Assembly: GCA_963664875.1 (NCBI GenBank)
Contig: OY761611.1
Coordinates: forward strand, 1,472,001-1,536,000
Reading direction: 5' to 3'
Length of the DNA stretch: 64,000 bases
DNA from: Candidatus Kapaibacterium sp.
GTDB taxonomy: Bacteria; Bacteroidota; Ignavibacteria; Kapaibacteriales; UBA2268
The notes beneath the pieces were generated by a model, which did no database searches, had not been told where the DNA came from, and was given only the letters and a program-made list of their open reading frames with translations. This document shows, one piece after another, positions 32,042 to 42,734 of this stretch (the first letter of the stretch is position 1; every line of letters begins with the position of its first letter). The position numbers and the translations under genes are program-made.

Positions 32042-32755
32042 TTATTCAAGATTTCTGATATTTCCCGAGCCATTTTGCATTGTGCGTACTTCTTTTGGTT
32101 TACCTTTATAGAGAATGTCACCACTTCCGTTAAGTTCTGCAACAAATAGATTTTCTACATTCACTGAGATATTTCCGCTACCATTTAACTCTATTTTTGA
32201 GCTTTGCGAAACGCAATCAAGAAGATTTATATCTCCGCTTCCGTTTTGTTCTATCTCAGTTTCATTAACTTTGCCTGCTACGCTTATGTTACCTGAACCG
32301 TCCAATTCGATATCAAGCTCAACATATTTAATTTCAGCAAGATTTACGCTCCCGGAGCCGTCAATTTCGATTTCTAATTCATCTCCGCTAAGAGCAGTTT
32401 GTGATAGAATAGAGCCACTCCCGTCAATTTCCAACTCTTTGCAATTAGGCATTGATATATAAATGTCTAATTTGCTTGGTGAGATATTCTCTTCGGAATA
32501 AATAACAAGATTTTCCCCGTCCATTTTTGTCAAAACTAAATCCTGAATGTTAGAATCAGTTATTATTTTAACGCTCGGACTGCCCTGGCTAAGATAGACG
32601 TTGCCATTTCCTTCGAGCTCTATGCCACTAAACCCTGAAACTACTCTTTCAGTTTCAGTAATCTGGTTATTCCCGCTAATTCCACCTTTAAAGAAAGAAC
32701 AGGATGACAAGGCAACCACTAATGATATAAATATTGCAAGTGTTTTTAAACTCAT
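32042..32755 (-). CDS. DUF2807 / head GIN domain lipoprotein
   Basis: Start MSLKT with ALSSC lipobox; repeated (I/L)xGSGxI beta-helix motifs; ILYKGKP. Confidence 0.88.
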   Translation of the reverse strand: MSLKTLAIFISLVVALSSCSFFKGGISGNNQITETERVVSGFSGIELEGNGNVYLSQGSPSVKIITDSNIQDLVLTKMDGENLVIYSEENISPSKLDIYISMPNCKELEIDGSGSILSQTALSGDELEIEIDGSGSVNLAEIKYVELDIELDGSGNISVAGKVNETEIEQNGSGDINLLDCVSQSSKIELNGSGNISVNVENLFVAELNGSGDILYKGKPKEVRTMQNGSGNIRNLE

Positions 32756-32765
32756 ATTATTTCCC

Positions 32766-33479
32766 CTATAAAATTTCAAATTTTGCCTGAATTTCATACC
32801 TGATTTTTATCTTTTTGAATTCATCATAGTTTGAACTATCGTCGCTGCCCTCCATCATCATTGCTGTATTCGAATACATATTTTTAGCTCGAAAAACAGG
32901 GTATGGATTATCTGCAACTTCTACTATATAAAGCACTTTTCCTATTTTTTGACCGACACTTTCCACCAAGTACTCTGCTTTTTCTTTCGCAGCTTTAAGA
33001 GCATTTATTTTAACTTGTTTTCTAAATTCAGTCATATCTTTGTTTTTAAGTTCAGCAATGTTTATGTAGTCAATACCTCTGACGTTTAGATATGTCATTA
33101 GTTTATCTACCACTTTAAAATCTTTGATGTTTATGTGAAGTTCTTTCCTTTTAAGGAAATCTTTGCCTCTTTGTCTCCAATTATTCCCACCATCAATCAG
33201 CGTCATTTGCTCTTTTTTAATACCAAGCTCTTCCAATTGTTTAATTACTAAAGGCTCGATTTTTTCCAAAGAAACTTTGGTTTTATAATCTTCGTATTTT
33301 TTACCGGCAATATATTCCTCTTCGAAATATTCCGAAAAACCAACTGCAAGGATTATTTCGTCGGGTGTTATTTCCATTTCGGCACTGCCGCTTACCTGAA
33401 TATATGGTGTTTCATCTGCAAAACTAATAACCGGCAATAGAGCAATAGCCAGAATCCACAAAATAAATGTCTTTTTCAT
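32766..33479 (-). CDS. SIMPL (DUF541) domain protein
   Basis: Start MKKTF after AGGAG; IQVSGSAEMEITPD; ALKAAKEKAEYL..GQKIG. Confidence 0.88.
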   Translation of the reverse strand: MKKTFILWILAIALLPVISFADETPYIQVSGSAEMEITPDEIILAVGFSEYFEEEYIAGKKYEDYKTKVSLEKIEPLVIKQLEELGIKKEQMTLIDGGNNWRQRGKDFLKRKELHINIKDFKVVDKLMTYLNVRGIDYINIAELKNKDMTEFRKQVKINALKAAKEKAEYLVESVGQKIGKVLYIVEVADNPYPVFRAKNMYSNTAMMMEGSDDSSNYDEFKKIKIRYEIQAKFEIL

Positions 33480-33595
33480 ATCACTTCTCCTTTGACTAAA
33501 ACTATTCAAATTATGTCTCTTTGACAATAGTAGTTTATACGTAATTTTGTGTCATTTAGTTCTTACTATTGTCAACTCGCTCCGATTTCATCAAT

Positions 33596-33630
33596 AAAAA
33601 AAAGACCTCTACATAAAAAATGTAAAGGTC
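33596..33630 (-). terminator. Terminator after the chemoreceptor gene
   Basis: Minus strand GACCTTTACAT...ATGTAGAGGTC followed by a T-run. Confidence 0.55.
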
Positions 33631-33699
33631 ACTTGTTTGACTGTAATAAAGTCTCTATTCAAAAATTGAACCGAAAGTTATGTATATACTTCGGCTTCT

Positions 33700-36600
33700 T
33701 TACGATTCCCATTTAGAGGAAGGCGGAAGCGATTGCCTTTCTCTACTGTCGATAAAGACTTTACCTTCGGCAATTTTCTTGTCAATTTTAAACTTCTTCA
33801 TGACGCGTTGCAGATTATCAGTCATCTCTGTTAAGGTTTCGGATGAGCGGGCAATCGATTCTATATTTTTAGCTGAGCTAATCGCTACCTCAGATATTGC
33901 TGTAACATTTTTTGACAATTGCTCACCCGTAGCGGCTTGTTGCTCAGATGAAGAGGCAATCGAGTTTACCATATCCAAAACGTCTTCAGAGCTTTGTACA
34001 ACTCGGTTTAGAGCATCTCCGGCATTATCTGCCAAAGTAATGCCATGCTGCACTTCTTCATTTCCTTTTTGCATTACCTGCACCGCAGCTTCTGTTTCCT
34101 TTTGGATGCTATTTATCATATAAGAAATCTGTTTTGTTGCATCTGTGGTTCTTTCAGCAAGTTTCCTTACTTCATCGGCAACAACTGCAAATCCTCTTCC
34201 TTGCTCGCCGGCTCGTGCAGCTTCTATTGCCGCATTTAGAGCCAGGAGATTTGTTTGATCTGCAATTTCTTCAATTACAGAAATTATAGCACCAATCTCA
34301 GTCGAAGATTTACCTAATTTCTCTATATTCAAGGCGGATTGCTGTACTACTTTAGCAATCTCTTTCATTTTTTCAATAGTTTGGACTACAACCTGTCCCC
34401 CGTCTTTTGCTATCTTACCGTTATTATCTGCAAAATTTGCTGTCTTGTTGGCATTAGAGGAGTTCTCAGTAATTGTCATGCTCATTTCTTCAATTGCTGA
34501 AGCAATCTCTTCTACCTGAGTGCTTTGCTCCTGTGATGAAGTCGCTACGCTTTCAGAGGCATGTGAAATATCATTGGAGGCATTAGCAACTGCAACTACT
34601 ACATCATTTAACTGAGCAAGTAATTCCGAAAGTGAATCGCCAAGTGAATTGATATTATCTTTCAACTTCTCATGATCGCCCATGTAATTACCTACCATTC
34701 TTGCTGTCATATCGCCAGAAGCCATTATCTGCAGCACCTCACCGGCTTCCTCAATTGGTTCGACTACTGCATCGAGCGTTTGATTGATACCGGAAACAAT
34801 GTCATTCCATCTGCCGGGGTAACCTGAGGTATTTATTCTTTGCTTCAAATCACCTTCAATTGCTTTTTGAGCAGCACCTGCAGTGTCATCTATCAGATTT
34901 TGAATAAAGTCTGCAAGGATATTTATATATTCAGCCAAATTTCTGTATTCACCTTTCGAATCATCTAAGTTTAGTTTTACTAATTCCTGCCCCTTTGATA
35001 CTTTATTGAGGAAGTCTAAAGTCGTATTAAATTGATCTGTGAAAGCATCTATTGTACTATTTACACCCAATATCACATTAGCAAAATCTCCGCTATGTTT
35101 CTCTACATCTGCTCTTACAGCGAAATTACCACTTATAGCCGCATCCGAAAGAATCTGCACATCATTTACCAAAGCTCTGATTGAATCCATCATTTTGATA
35201 AATGCCGGAGTCAACTCGTCTTGCTCAGAGAATTTGCCTTTTTCTTTCAATTTATCTAATTGACTCAGATTACCGTTACTTATCTCTATTGCAAGTCCTA
35301 ATATCCTTTCTAACTTGCCAACAGTGTTTTCGATTGCAGTTTGCAACTGTTTCCACTTACCTGAGTATTGTCTGTTGATTTTTACAGTAAAGTCATTATT
35401 AGAAATTGATTCAAGAATATGTAAACATTCGTTGATAGGTTGAGTCATGCCGACAAACATCTGGTTTATGCCAATGATTAGCTCTTTCCAGCCACCTGTA
35501 AATATTTCTTCGTTGCCTCTTGTATCTAATTCGCCTTCGTGAGCAGCTTCGATAAGATCTGCGATTTCATTGTGAATATTCGTAAGATTTGTTCGAAGCT
35601 CATTTGTTCTTTCTGTAGCAATAATTCGTTTACCCGGCAAATCTTCTAATTCTTCTGTAAAGTTTCCATTCGCATATTCTGAAAGTATATCGAGAATACG
35701 CATTAGTACATCTACGTGATCTTTGACAGTAGAATTTACTCCCATTGCCATTGCTTTGTATGCACCCGCAAATTTATCCTCGTTTATAAAGATATCAATT
35801 TCACCTTTCGCCTGCTCTTCACTCATAAATTGCATTTCGGCGATGAAAGTAGAAAGGTTATTGATTAGTCCGTTGATATTCTTTTTGATTTCGTTGAAGT
35901 CCCCGTTAAAATCTTCTTCAATAGGTTTTGGAATATCACCCTTGGAGATTCTGTCAATGTACTGAGCAGAAATATTTATCGGAGTAGTTACAGCATCTAA
36001 TGTCTTATTAAAGCCGCCAACTAACTGTCTGAAAGCACCTTCGTATTTTTCTTCATCACCTCTTACATCAAGTTTTCCGGCTTGTGCTCCGTCGATCAAT
36101 GCTTGTAAATCATTTGCCATTTCAAGTATATTTGCTTTCATGCGGTCAAGGTTTTCATTTGCAATAGCTTGCTTGCCGGGTAGCGGTTTCAAAGTTGGCT
36201 TCATATTCCCTTTACCATAAGCACCAAGTATCGCCAATATTTTTTTTATGTTATTGATGTATATTCTCACAGCATCATTGCTGTTATGAGCCATAGCCTG
36301 ATAAAATCCTTTGTACTTATCTTCATCGATAAAGAAATCAATATCGCCATTGACTCTATGTTCATAAATAAACTGCTCAACATCTTTACTGTATGTATTT
36401 AAATTATCAATAAGCATATTGATATTGTTTTTTAGCTCATTAAAATCGCCATTATACTTTTCAGTGATTCGTGGGGGCATATTACCTTCAGCAATTTTCG
36501 CAACGTAGCCTGCAGCTGTATTGAGTGGCGTAACAAGTGCATCTAATGTCCTGTTGAATCCATCAATCATATCACCAAAAGCTCCGGGATATTTAGCTAC

Positions 36601-37821
36601 ATCACCGCGTTTTTGCAAATCACCCTGCTCTGCTGCAAAAGTAAGAGCCTTAGTTTCCTCTATCAATTCATTTTGGATAGACATAAGATTTCTAAAGGCT
36701 TCTGCAAGTGCGCCAAGTTCGTCCTTGCCGGTATAGTCACATTTGATATTCACATTCCCTTCGGAAACGGATTTGGCATAATCTCTGATTTTTTCGATAG
36801 GTTGTGAAAAAGATTTTGTAAAGAAGTAGATTCCAACTTGTGCAAAAACCATAAATATCATACTCCCCAACACAAGCTCCCAAACTATTCCAATCGTAGC
36901 AGATTGTATCTCACTGACAGGGACATCTATTTTTACGAACCATGTTTGATTGGTATGTGCAAACTTTATCGGATGAGTAATTACAAAGTCTTCGCCGATA
37001 GTCTCTGCTGATGTTTTTTCTATTGACTTATAATCCAAAGATTTGGAATATAAAGCAAAAGCACTTTCAAGATTCTTTCCGATTAGAGTGTCTCCTGCGG
37101 AAGAAGCACAGATGTTCCCTTGATCCGAGAAAATAGAAATGATTCCTGTTTCATTAAATATCGATTGAGATGCCAAAGCTCTTTGCACGCGGTCAATATC
37201 GAGACCGATGACATTGATCCCTTTGACATCACCATTTATTACAATAGGAACTATTACATTAGCAGAATGTATTTGATTTTGACCAATAAGCCTACTCATC
37301 GAAGCAGTAACTACCGGTGTTTTAGATGCTAAACCGAGTTCGATTTCTTTTTGACTTAGTACATTTTGCAAATCAAATTGTCGCTTTTCTTTATCAGTTT
37401 TGATTATACCTTTAGAAAAATGACCTAAAACTCCGTCTAAAGTATCAAAAGCATTATCTTTCCAATGAGTACCGATATATAGGACACTATTGTCAATATC
37501 AGTAAATGTGCTCAATTTTTCAGTGATATAATCTCTGTCAACTTCAGCACTCACTCCATAAGCATTTTGAATATCTTTCGCAGTAAGCTCGGCAATAATT
37601 ATTGCTTTTTCGAAAGACGATTTTACTTTTTCAGCCTGGCTGTCAGATAATGTGATAAGCCTATTTTCGATAGACTCCTCATTATTGATAAAAGTACGAA
37701 TTGCAGCCTGTACAATCAATGCAAGAGAAAGCATAATCATGCTTGCTGTGGTAGCAAACGTGAGCTTAGCTTTGATTGTTTTCATATTAAAGTAAAAACT
37801 AAGTAGCCGTTCAAGTCTCAT
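33700..37821 (-). CDS. Methyl-accepting chemotaxis protein: TM, Cache-like sensor, TM, poly-HAMP array, signalling domain
   Basis: [38 protein letters not shown]; two TM helices; about 16 HAMP-like units. Confidence 0.95.
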   Translation of the reverse strand: MRLERLLSFYFNMKTIKAKLTFATTASMIMLSLALIVQAAIRTFINNEESIENRLITLSDSQAEKVKSSFEKAIIIAELTAKDIQNAYGVSAEVDRDYITEKLSTFTDIDNSVLYIGTHWKDNAFDTLDGVLGHFSKGIIKTDKEKRQFDLQNVLSQKEIELGLASKTPVVTASMSRLIGQNQIHSANVIVPIVINGDVKGINVIGLDIDRVQRALASQSIFNETGIISIFSDQGNICASSAGDTLIGKNLESAFALYSKSLDYKSIEKTSAETIGEDFVITHPIKFAHTNQTWFVKIDVPVSEIQSATIGIVWELVLGSMIFMVFAQVGIYFFTKSFSQPIEKIRDYAKSVSEGNVNIKCDYTGKDELGALAEAFRNLMSIQNELIEETKALTFAAEQGDLQKRGDVAKYPGAFGDMIDGFNRTLDALVTPLNTAAGYVAKIAEGNMPPRITEKYNGDFNELKNNINMLIDNLNTYSKDVEQFIYEHRVNGDIDFFIDEDKYKGFYQAMAHNSNDAVRIYINNIKKILAILGAYGKGNMKPTLKPLPGKQAIANENLDRMKANILEMANDLQALIDGAQAGKLDVRGDEEKYEGAFRQLVGGFNKTLDAVTTPINISAQYIDRISKGDIPKPIEEDFNGDFNEIKKNINGLINNLSTFIAEMQFMSEEQAKGEIDIFINEDKFAGAYKAMAMGVNSTVKDHVDVLMRILDILSEYANGNFTEELEDLPGKRIIATERTNELRTNLTNIHNEIADLIEAAHEGELDTRGNEEIFTGGWKELIIGINQMFVGMTQPINECLHILESISNNDFTVKINRQYSGKWKQLQTAIENTVGKLERILGLAIEISNGNLSQLDKLKEKGKFSEQDELTPAFIKMMDSIRALVNDVQILSDAAISGNFAVRADVEKHSGDFANVILGVNSTIDAFTDQFNTTLDFLNKVSKGQELVKLNLDDSKGEYRNLAEYINILADFIQNLIDDTAGAAQKAIEGDLKQRINTSGYPGRWNDIVSGINQTLDAVVEPIEEAGEVLQIMASGDMTARMVGNYMGDHEKLKDNINSLGDSLSELLAQLNDVVVAVANASNDISHASESVATSSQEQSTQVEEIASAIEEMSMTITENSSNANKTANFADNNGKIAKDGGQVVVQTIEKMKEIAKVVQQSALNIEKLGKSSTEIGAIISVIEEIADQTNLLALNAAIEAARAGEQGRGFAVVADEVRKLAERTTDATKQISYMINSIQKETEAAVQVMQKGNEEVQHGITLADNAGDALNRVVQSSEDVLDMVNSIASSSEQQAATGEQLSKNVTAISEVAISSAKNIESIARSSETLTEMTDNLQRVMKKFKIDKKIAEGKVFIDSRERQSLPPSSKWES

Positions 37822-37899
37822 AATTCCCCTCTCTCTATAAATACAGATTAAATTGCTACAAAATCAAAGTAGAAACCCGTAGGTTTTCATTTTACTTGG

Positions 37900-37907
37900 C
37901 AAATATA
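37900..37907 (-). promoter_or_regulatory. TAnnTTTG -7 element upstream of the chemoreceptor gene
   Basis: TATATTTG on the minus strand about 80 nt upstream of the start. Confidence 0.4.
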
Positions 37908-37933
37908 TCCATTATTAATGAAGTTACAAAAAT

Positions 37934-37984
37934 AAAATCATATCAATTGCGATATGATTTTTGTATCGACAATAATTGCGATAT
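37934..37984. promoter_or_regulatory. Inverted and direct repeat, candidate operator
   Basis: AAAATCATATC-N6-GATATGATTTT; AATTGCGATAT occurs at 37945 and 37974. Confidence 0.35.
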
Positions 37985-38286
37985 TTGTTATAGAAGCCCA
38001 TTTAAAGAGCCTGTGGAGTATTATAGAATCGGAACTTTCTTTTGATGTGATATTCTTTAAGAAGTTATTTATAAATTTTAAAGATATATATTATCTGATT
38101 TAATATTTACAAACATTTTATGTTTATAATGCCTATTTTGATATCAAAATACAAGCAAATTGCTGTTAATATCTTCTTTTAATCATCATAACAATAAACC
38201 TATTTTTTATTAGAATAAGACTCAGTAAAGGAAGATACTATATATATTTTCTGTAATGATTTACTTTTATTCTTAGTTTATATACT

Positions 38287-38823
38287 TTAATCTTGAAGGT
38301 ATTGCTCTATAGCTTTTTCTACCTGGATTTTATTATGGTAACTAAGGTAACGTAGTTTCCCAGATTTGTCAATTACAGCAATAGATGGGATACCACTAAT
38401 GCCGTATTTTTTTGAAGCAATATTATTGGGAGATGGAGCTGCTTCATCCCAAATTTGCTGCCATTCCATGCCATAAGTAATAAGTGCCTGCCTTAAGGCA
38501 TCTTCCTTGTAATCAAGCGAGATACTTATCATTTTAAAATCTTTGTCTTTATATTTTTCATAAATCTGTTTGACTTCAGGCATCGCTTTTATACAAATAT
38601 TGCACCAAGATGCCCAAAAATCGATCACAACAACTTTCCCTTTAAAGTCACTTAACCTTACTGCGTTCCCATCAATATCCAATACATCAAAATCAGGAGC
38701 ATCACTCCCAAATTCAAAGTTCCCGGTTTCAAACACTTTATCCGGCACTTCAGGTGTTGTGGAGGTCTCTTTTGCACAAGAGAATAGGAATATGATGAGT
38801 ATCAAAATAATGCTATGTTTCAT
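38287..38823 (-). CDS. TlpA-family thiol-disulfide oxidoreductase lipoprotein
   Basis: Start MKHSII with FLFSC lipobox; LSDFKGKVVVIDFWASWCNIC; GIP. Confidence 0.9.
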   Translation of the reverse strand: MKHSIILILIIFLFSCAKETSTTPEVPDKVFETGNFEFGSDAPDFDVLDIDGNAVRLSDFKGKVVVIDFWASWCNICIKAMPEVKQIYEKYKDKDFKMISISLDYKEDALRQALITYGMEWQQIWDEAAPSPNNIASKKYGISGIPSIAVIDKSGKLRYLSYHNKIQVEKAIEQYLQD

Positions 38824-38914
38824 AATAGTTCTCGTTTTACTCCTTATATTGCTATATAGACACATAAAGCAGAACAATGTTACAGATTTTCTTTTATCTC
38901 ATAGCAATGAGTAT

Positions 38915-38922
38915 TATATTTG
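38915..38922 (+). promoter_or_regulatory. TAnnTTTG -7 element for yjbQ
   Basis: TATATTTG 36 nt before the ATG at 38958. Confidence 0.45.
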
Positions 38923-38957
38923 CTTATTCAGTCTTATCTAAAAGGGGACACCTCAAC

Positions 38958-39374
38958 ATGAAAAATTATAGAAAAGAACTCTGGTTCAATACAACTCAAA
39001 GAAGACAATACATCAACATTACGCGTGACGTGCAACAATGTATTGATGAAAGTGGCATACAGGAAGGTCTAATTCTGGTCAATGCAATGCACATTACAGC
39101 AAGTGTGTTTATAAACGATGATGAATCCGGTCTCCATAATGATTTTGAGAAATGGTTAGAAAAATTGGCACCCGAAAAGCCTCACTCTCAATATGCTCAC
39201 AATGGCTACGAGGATAATGCAGACGCACATCTCAAAAGGCAAATTATGGGCAGAGAAGTAACCTGTGCCATCACTAACGGAAAATTAGATTTTGGCCCAT
39301 GGGAGCAGATTTTCTATGGAGAATATGATGGAAAAAGAAAAAAAAGAGTTTTAGTAAAAATCATCGGTCAATAA
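38958..39374 (+). CDS. yjbQ: YjbQ/UPF0047 family protein
   Basis: Start MKNYRKEL; [31 protein letters not shown]. Confidence 0.9.
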   Translation: MKNYRKELWFNTTQRRQYINITRDVQQCIDESGIQEGLILVNAMHITASVFINDDESGLHNDFEKWLEKLAPEKPHSQYAHNGYEDNADAHLKRQIMGREVTCAITNGKLDFGPWEQIFYGEYDGKRKKRVLVKIIGQ

Positions 39375-39454
39375 GCTCTGCAAGTCTTATTTGGAGTACA
39401 CTCAGAACCACTACTCTGTTTTACTGAACAAATACCTAAAAAAAAACTAAAGAC

Positions 39455-39491
39455 AAACAGCCCAAAGGCTTTAACTAAGGGCTGTTTTTTT
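39455..39491. terminator. Probable bidirectional terminator
   Basis: AAACAGCCC...GGGCTGTTT with a T-run, between convergent genes. Confidence 0.6.
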
Positions 39492-39495
39492 CAAT

Positions 39496-40920
39496 TTATT
39501 TGACTACGACTTTTTTTGTCAGAATTGAATTACCGTTTGTTATTTTTACCAAAAAAACACCCGCTTTATCTATTCGGAAATCAAGTTTACTTGTATTCGA
39601 TTTTAATTGATTTACTAACTTCGCTTCTACATCATAAATTTCAATATTAGATTCTCCGGCAGGAAGATTAGTAAGAGAAAGCGCTCCTCTGGTTGGGTTC
39701 GGAAACAGTTCTAATGCCGGTATTAGATTTTCATCTACAGAAATAAATTCATTTACAGAAATCGAAAGAGCTTCTCCGTACTCACTTTCACCGCAATCAT
39801 TCAAAGCTCTCGCAGAAAGAAAAACTTCACCATGATAATCATCGTTCCAAGCAACAGTGGCATTTATCCCCTCTGATGTAATTTCTCCTGCTTCCGCAGG
39901 ATTGAGCATCCATTCATAAGTTTTGGCATCAGGTATTGCAGCAATAGAATATGAAGTTTCCGGTTTTTCTTCTGACTGTAATACTTTTTCGCCATCAGGC
40001 ATATCTGGAGCCGGCGGAATATCTTTAAGAACTACATTGAACTCATCGGACTCTTCGCTTTTCCCTAATGGGTTTATAGCTATAACCTGTACACTAACCG
40101 GACCACTAAAACCTTCTCTCCAAGTAATTGTAGCTATATTATTATCTGCAACAATCTCTGCAGCACTTTCGGGATTGACTATCCACTCGTAAGCGGTTGC
40201 TTCTTCGATTGCGGAACAGGTATATTCATTAGCAGTTCCGACACACGATTCGGCAGCTCCCTGAATTATTTCCGGTTTAGAAGGAACACCAGCATAATCA
40301 TATTCAATAATGAAATACAGGGCATTTGTTTCGTCAATGTCATTCCACTCTCCGGTTTTTCCCAAAAATCCGGCACCCTTAGGCCATGCTTCCAGTCCAA
40401 TCGCAGCTGCGTTCTGCTTGCCAAGAAAATTATCGGGTTCGTTTGGTACTGCCTGACCTTGACCTCCACCCCAATTTTGATATCTTTCATTTACAGTTTT
40501 ACCATTCCCTTCTCCATTTGCTCCCTGACCTTCCCAAAACTTCTCGCCTTTACCGTCATTATCGCCGTCCCACTTCCATTCGCCTTCTTTTTCTTTGTCA
40601 TTGGCACCAATCCAAACATACGCAATACCACCTCCGTCATTGACAGTTGTGTAGTTTTTTTGGACTTTCCCATTCGTTACTATTTCATGATACATTGCCT
40701 GTTGCTCAGCCTGAGTCTCAATTTGCATAAGATAACCGCCTTTGTCTTTAGCATATTTTGCGGCATCTTCCCAATTCATTTTTTGTTCTACAATTTCATA
40801 AGTTTTGTTTTCGTGAGTAAATCGTTTTGCCTGAGTTTGGGCATTTCCGGTGCAAAGTAATCCTGTCAGAGACAAAAAAATGCTTGCAGCAAAGAATGTA
40901 GAAATTCGATTCATTACCAT
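39496..40920 (-). CDS. C-type lectin domain + two PKD-like domains + T9SS type A C-terminal domain
   Basis: WEDAAKYA..GGYL, VWIGA, EPDN, WND; two YEW..NP repeats; C-terminal FPNPT...IYD...GVFLVKI..KKVVVK. Confidence 0.82.
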   Translation of the reverse strand: MVMNRISTFFAASIFLSLTGLLCTGNAQTQAKRFTHENKTYEIVEQKMNWEDAAKYAKDKGGYLMQIETQAEQQAMYHEIVTNGKVQKNYTTVNDGGGIAYVWIGANDKEKEGEWKWDGDNDGKGEKFWEGQGANGEGNGKTVNERYQNWGGGQGQAVPNEPDNFLGKQNAAAIGLEAWPKGAGFLGKTGEWNDIDETNALYFIIEYDYAGVPSKPEIIQGAAESCVGTANEYTCSAIEEATAYEWIVNPESAAEIVADNNIATITWREGFSGPVSVQVIAINPLGKSEESDEFNVVLKDIPPAPDMPDGEKVLQSEEKPETSYSIAAIPDAKTYEWMLNPAEAGEITSEGINATVAWNDDYHGEVFLSARALNDCGESEYGEALSISVNEFISVDENLIPALELFPNPTRGALSLTNLPAGESNIEIYDVEAKLVNQLKSNTSKLDFRIDKAGVFLVKITNGNSILTKKVVVK

Positions 40921-40954
40921 AACCCTCAATTATAAAAATACTTCGTCAATTTAG

Positions 40955-40981
40955 AGACACATCTTTTGACAAAATGTTTCA
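40955..40981 (-). promoter_or_regulatory. Candidate ECF promoter for the lectin gene
   Basis: TGAAAC-N16-TGTCT about 35 nt upstream of the start. Confidence 0.45.
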
Positions 40982-40990
40982 CATACGAAT

Positions 40991-41021
40991 AAAAAAAGAG
41001 TTGATGCAACCACCAACTCTT
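40991..41021 (-). terminator. Terminator after alkaline phosphatase copy 2
   Basis: AAGAGTTG...CAACTCTT with a minus-strand T-run. Confidence 0.6.
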
Positions 41022-41046
41022 CTAAACAAAAACAGTTTACAAACAT

Positions 41047-42546
41047 CTATTTATTTCTCAATCTACCAATACTCATTATTCTCTTAGGGATGTCTGTATT
41101 ATCATAATATCCGGTAAAATAGTTTTGCCCCTGCCCTATCGCAAATACCGTAACCGGAAGTCCTGTATGTGAGTATGAAGTCCATCCGATTCCTGCCTTA
41201 CGATTAAGAATATGAGTTGTTGTTATGGTCAGCGGCTCATAATAGCTGTAATTAAGCAAATCCTCTTCTGATTGATTAGCTTCTTTAGATTTAACAGTTT
41301 TTATGTAAGCGTCTTTCAAAAGTTTCAATTCGTATTCTGAAAGTGCAAGTTTGGCATTGAGCTCTGCATTTCCCAACCCGAAATAGTCTTTGATTTTAGT
41401 CAGAGCAGTTTCAAACGTAAATGAAGAGTTTTTATCTGCCTTCCATTCAGCTACTAAGTCTGCAAACTTTTCAGCAGATATTTTCTGGTGTTTCAATATT
41501 TCAAAAGCACTTTCATATCCTGTATTGGCAAATCCGAGAGTCAAGCCTCCACATTCATGGTCAGCAGTAACTATAATTAAAGTTTCATCGGGGTGTTTTT
41601 TATAAAATTCTAAAGCTCTGCCGATTGCCTTATCAAAAGCAATTGTTTCTTTAGCAGCAGTTACTGCGTCGTTTGCGTGGCACGCCCAATCTATCTTACC
41701 ACCTTCCACCATCATAAAAAATCCGTTTGGATTGTCGAGGAGCTCAATTCCTTTTTGTGTAAATTCCTCTAAAGCTATATGATTTTGCTCCCTGTCAATT
41801 TCATACCATAGAGCAGCTTCTGCATCAAGAGTATGATTATAAGCCCATAACTTTTCGCCGTTTTTTGCATTCTGCAAATCTTCACGCGAAGAAACAATTT
41901 TATATCCGGCTCCTAACATTCTTTGCTTAATATCTCTCAAAGTATCTGCTGAGTAATCCCCTTTAGCATAACCACCGGCGTAATAGTCGAAGTTAGCCAC
42001 AGCCATCTGTTTTGCAATGTTATACATATTTTTCCTGGTATCTTCGTGGGCATAAAAAGCCGCCGGTGTGGCATGATCTATCGAAACAGAGGAGACTATA
42101 CCCACACGCATTCCCTTTTCTTTAGCCATTTCGGCGATGGTTTTCAGATTTGCTGAATGATCTCCCTTTTTTGAGATTGTATTTATGGTAGTTTTTTCTC
42201 CTGTCGCTAAAGCAGTGCCGGCAGCTGCAGAGCCTGTGATATATCTGTTTTCTGCGAATGTAGTAGCCAGTCCTGTTACAGGCAATTGAGTCATATTCAG
42301 CTGAGCCAGACCAACTCTGACATAACCGTTTTCAGGAATATTAGCATAAGCCTGAGCAAGATTTATCTGAGGAAGTGCCATCCCATCTCCAATAAAAAAG
42401 AAGATATACTTAGGCACTTTATATTGAGACGAGCTTTCATCCTGTGAGTTATTCCCATTAGCACTATCAATAGAGCATGAAGCAATAAAAGGAATTAACA
42501 AAACTAATATCATAAATTTGGTAGTGATTCTCAATCTTTGAAGCAT
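41047..42546 (-). CDS. phoA: Alkaline phosphatase (PhoA family) lipoprotein, copy 2
   Basis: Start MLQRL after GGAG; FIASC lipobox; FIGDGM, ITGSAAAGTALATG, HATPAA, VEGGKIDWACH, TADHECGG, HTG. Confidence 0.9.
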   Translation of the reverse strand: MLQRLRITTKFMILVLLIPFIASCSIDSANGNNSQDESSSQYKVPKYIFFFIGDGMALPQINLAQAYANIPENGYVRVGLAQLNMTQLPVTGLATTFAENRYITGSAAAGTALATGEKTTINTISKKGDHSANLKTIAEMAKEKGMRVGIVSSVSIDHATPAAFYAHEDTRKNMYNIAKQMAVANFDYYAGGYAKGDYSADTLRDIKQRMLGAGYKIVSSREDLQNAKNGEKLWAYNHTLDAEAALWYEIDREQNHIALEEFTQKGIELLDNPNGFFMMVEGGKIDWACHANDAVTAAKETIAFDKAIGRALEFYKKHPDETLIIVTADHECGGLTLGFANTGYESAFEILKHQKISAEKFADLVAEWKADKNSSFTFETALTKIKDYFGLGNAELNAKLALSEYELKLLKDAYIKTVKSKEANQSEEDLLNYSYYEPLTITTTHILNRKAGIGWTSYSHTGLPVTVFAIGQGQNYFTGYYDNTDIPKRIMSIGRLRNK

Positions 42547-42734
42547 AGTTACTCCACAAAAGTTTGTTATTCGTATCTTTTTGTCTCGTCTCAAATCTAA
42601 CACAAAATAAATTCATGTGGGAGTCAAAAGTCAGAAAATCCTTATATAATTTCCGTTTTTTTTGAAATCACGAAATAGACAATGCTCCCTTTATCTGATA
42701 ATTCAATTTAAGAGATGGTTTCAATATAATTATT

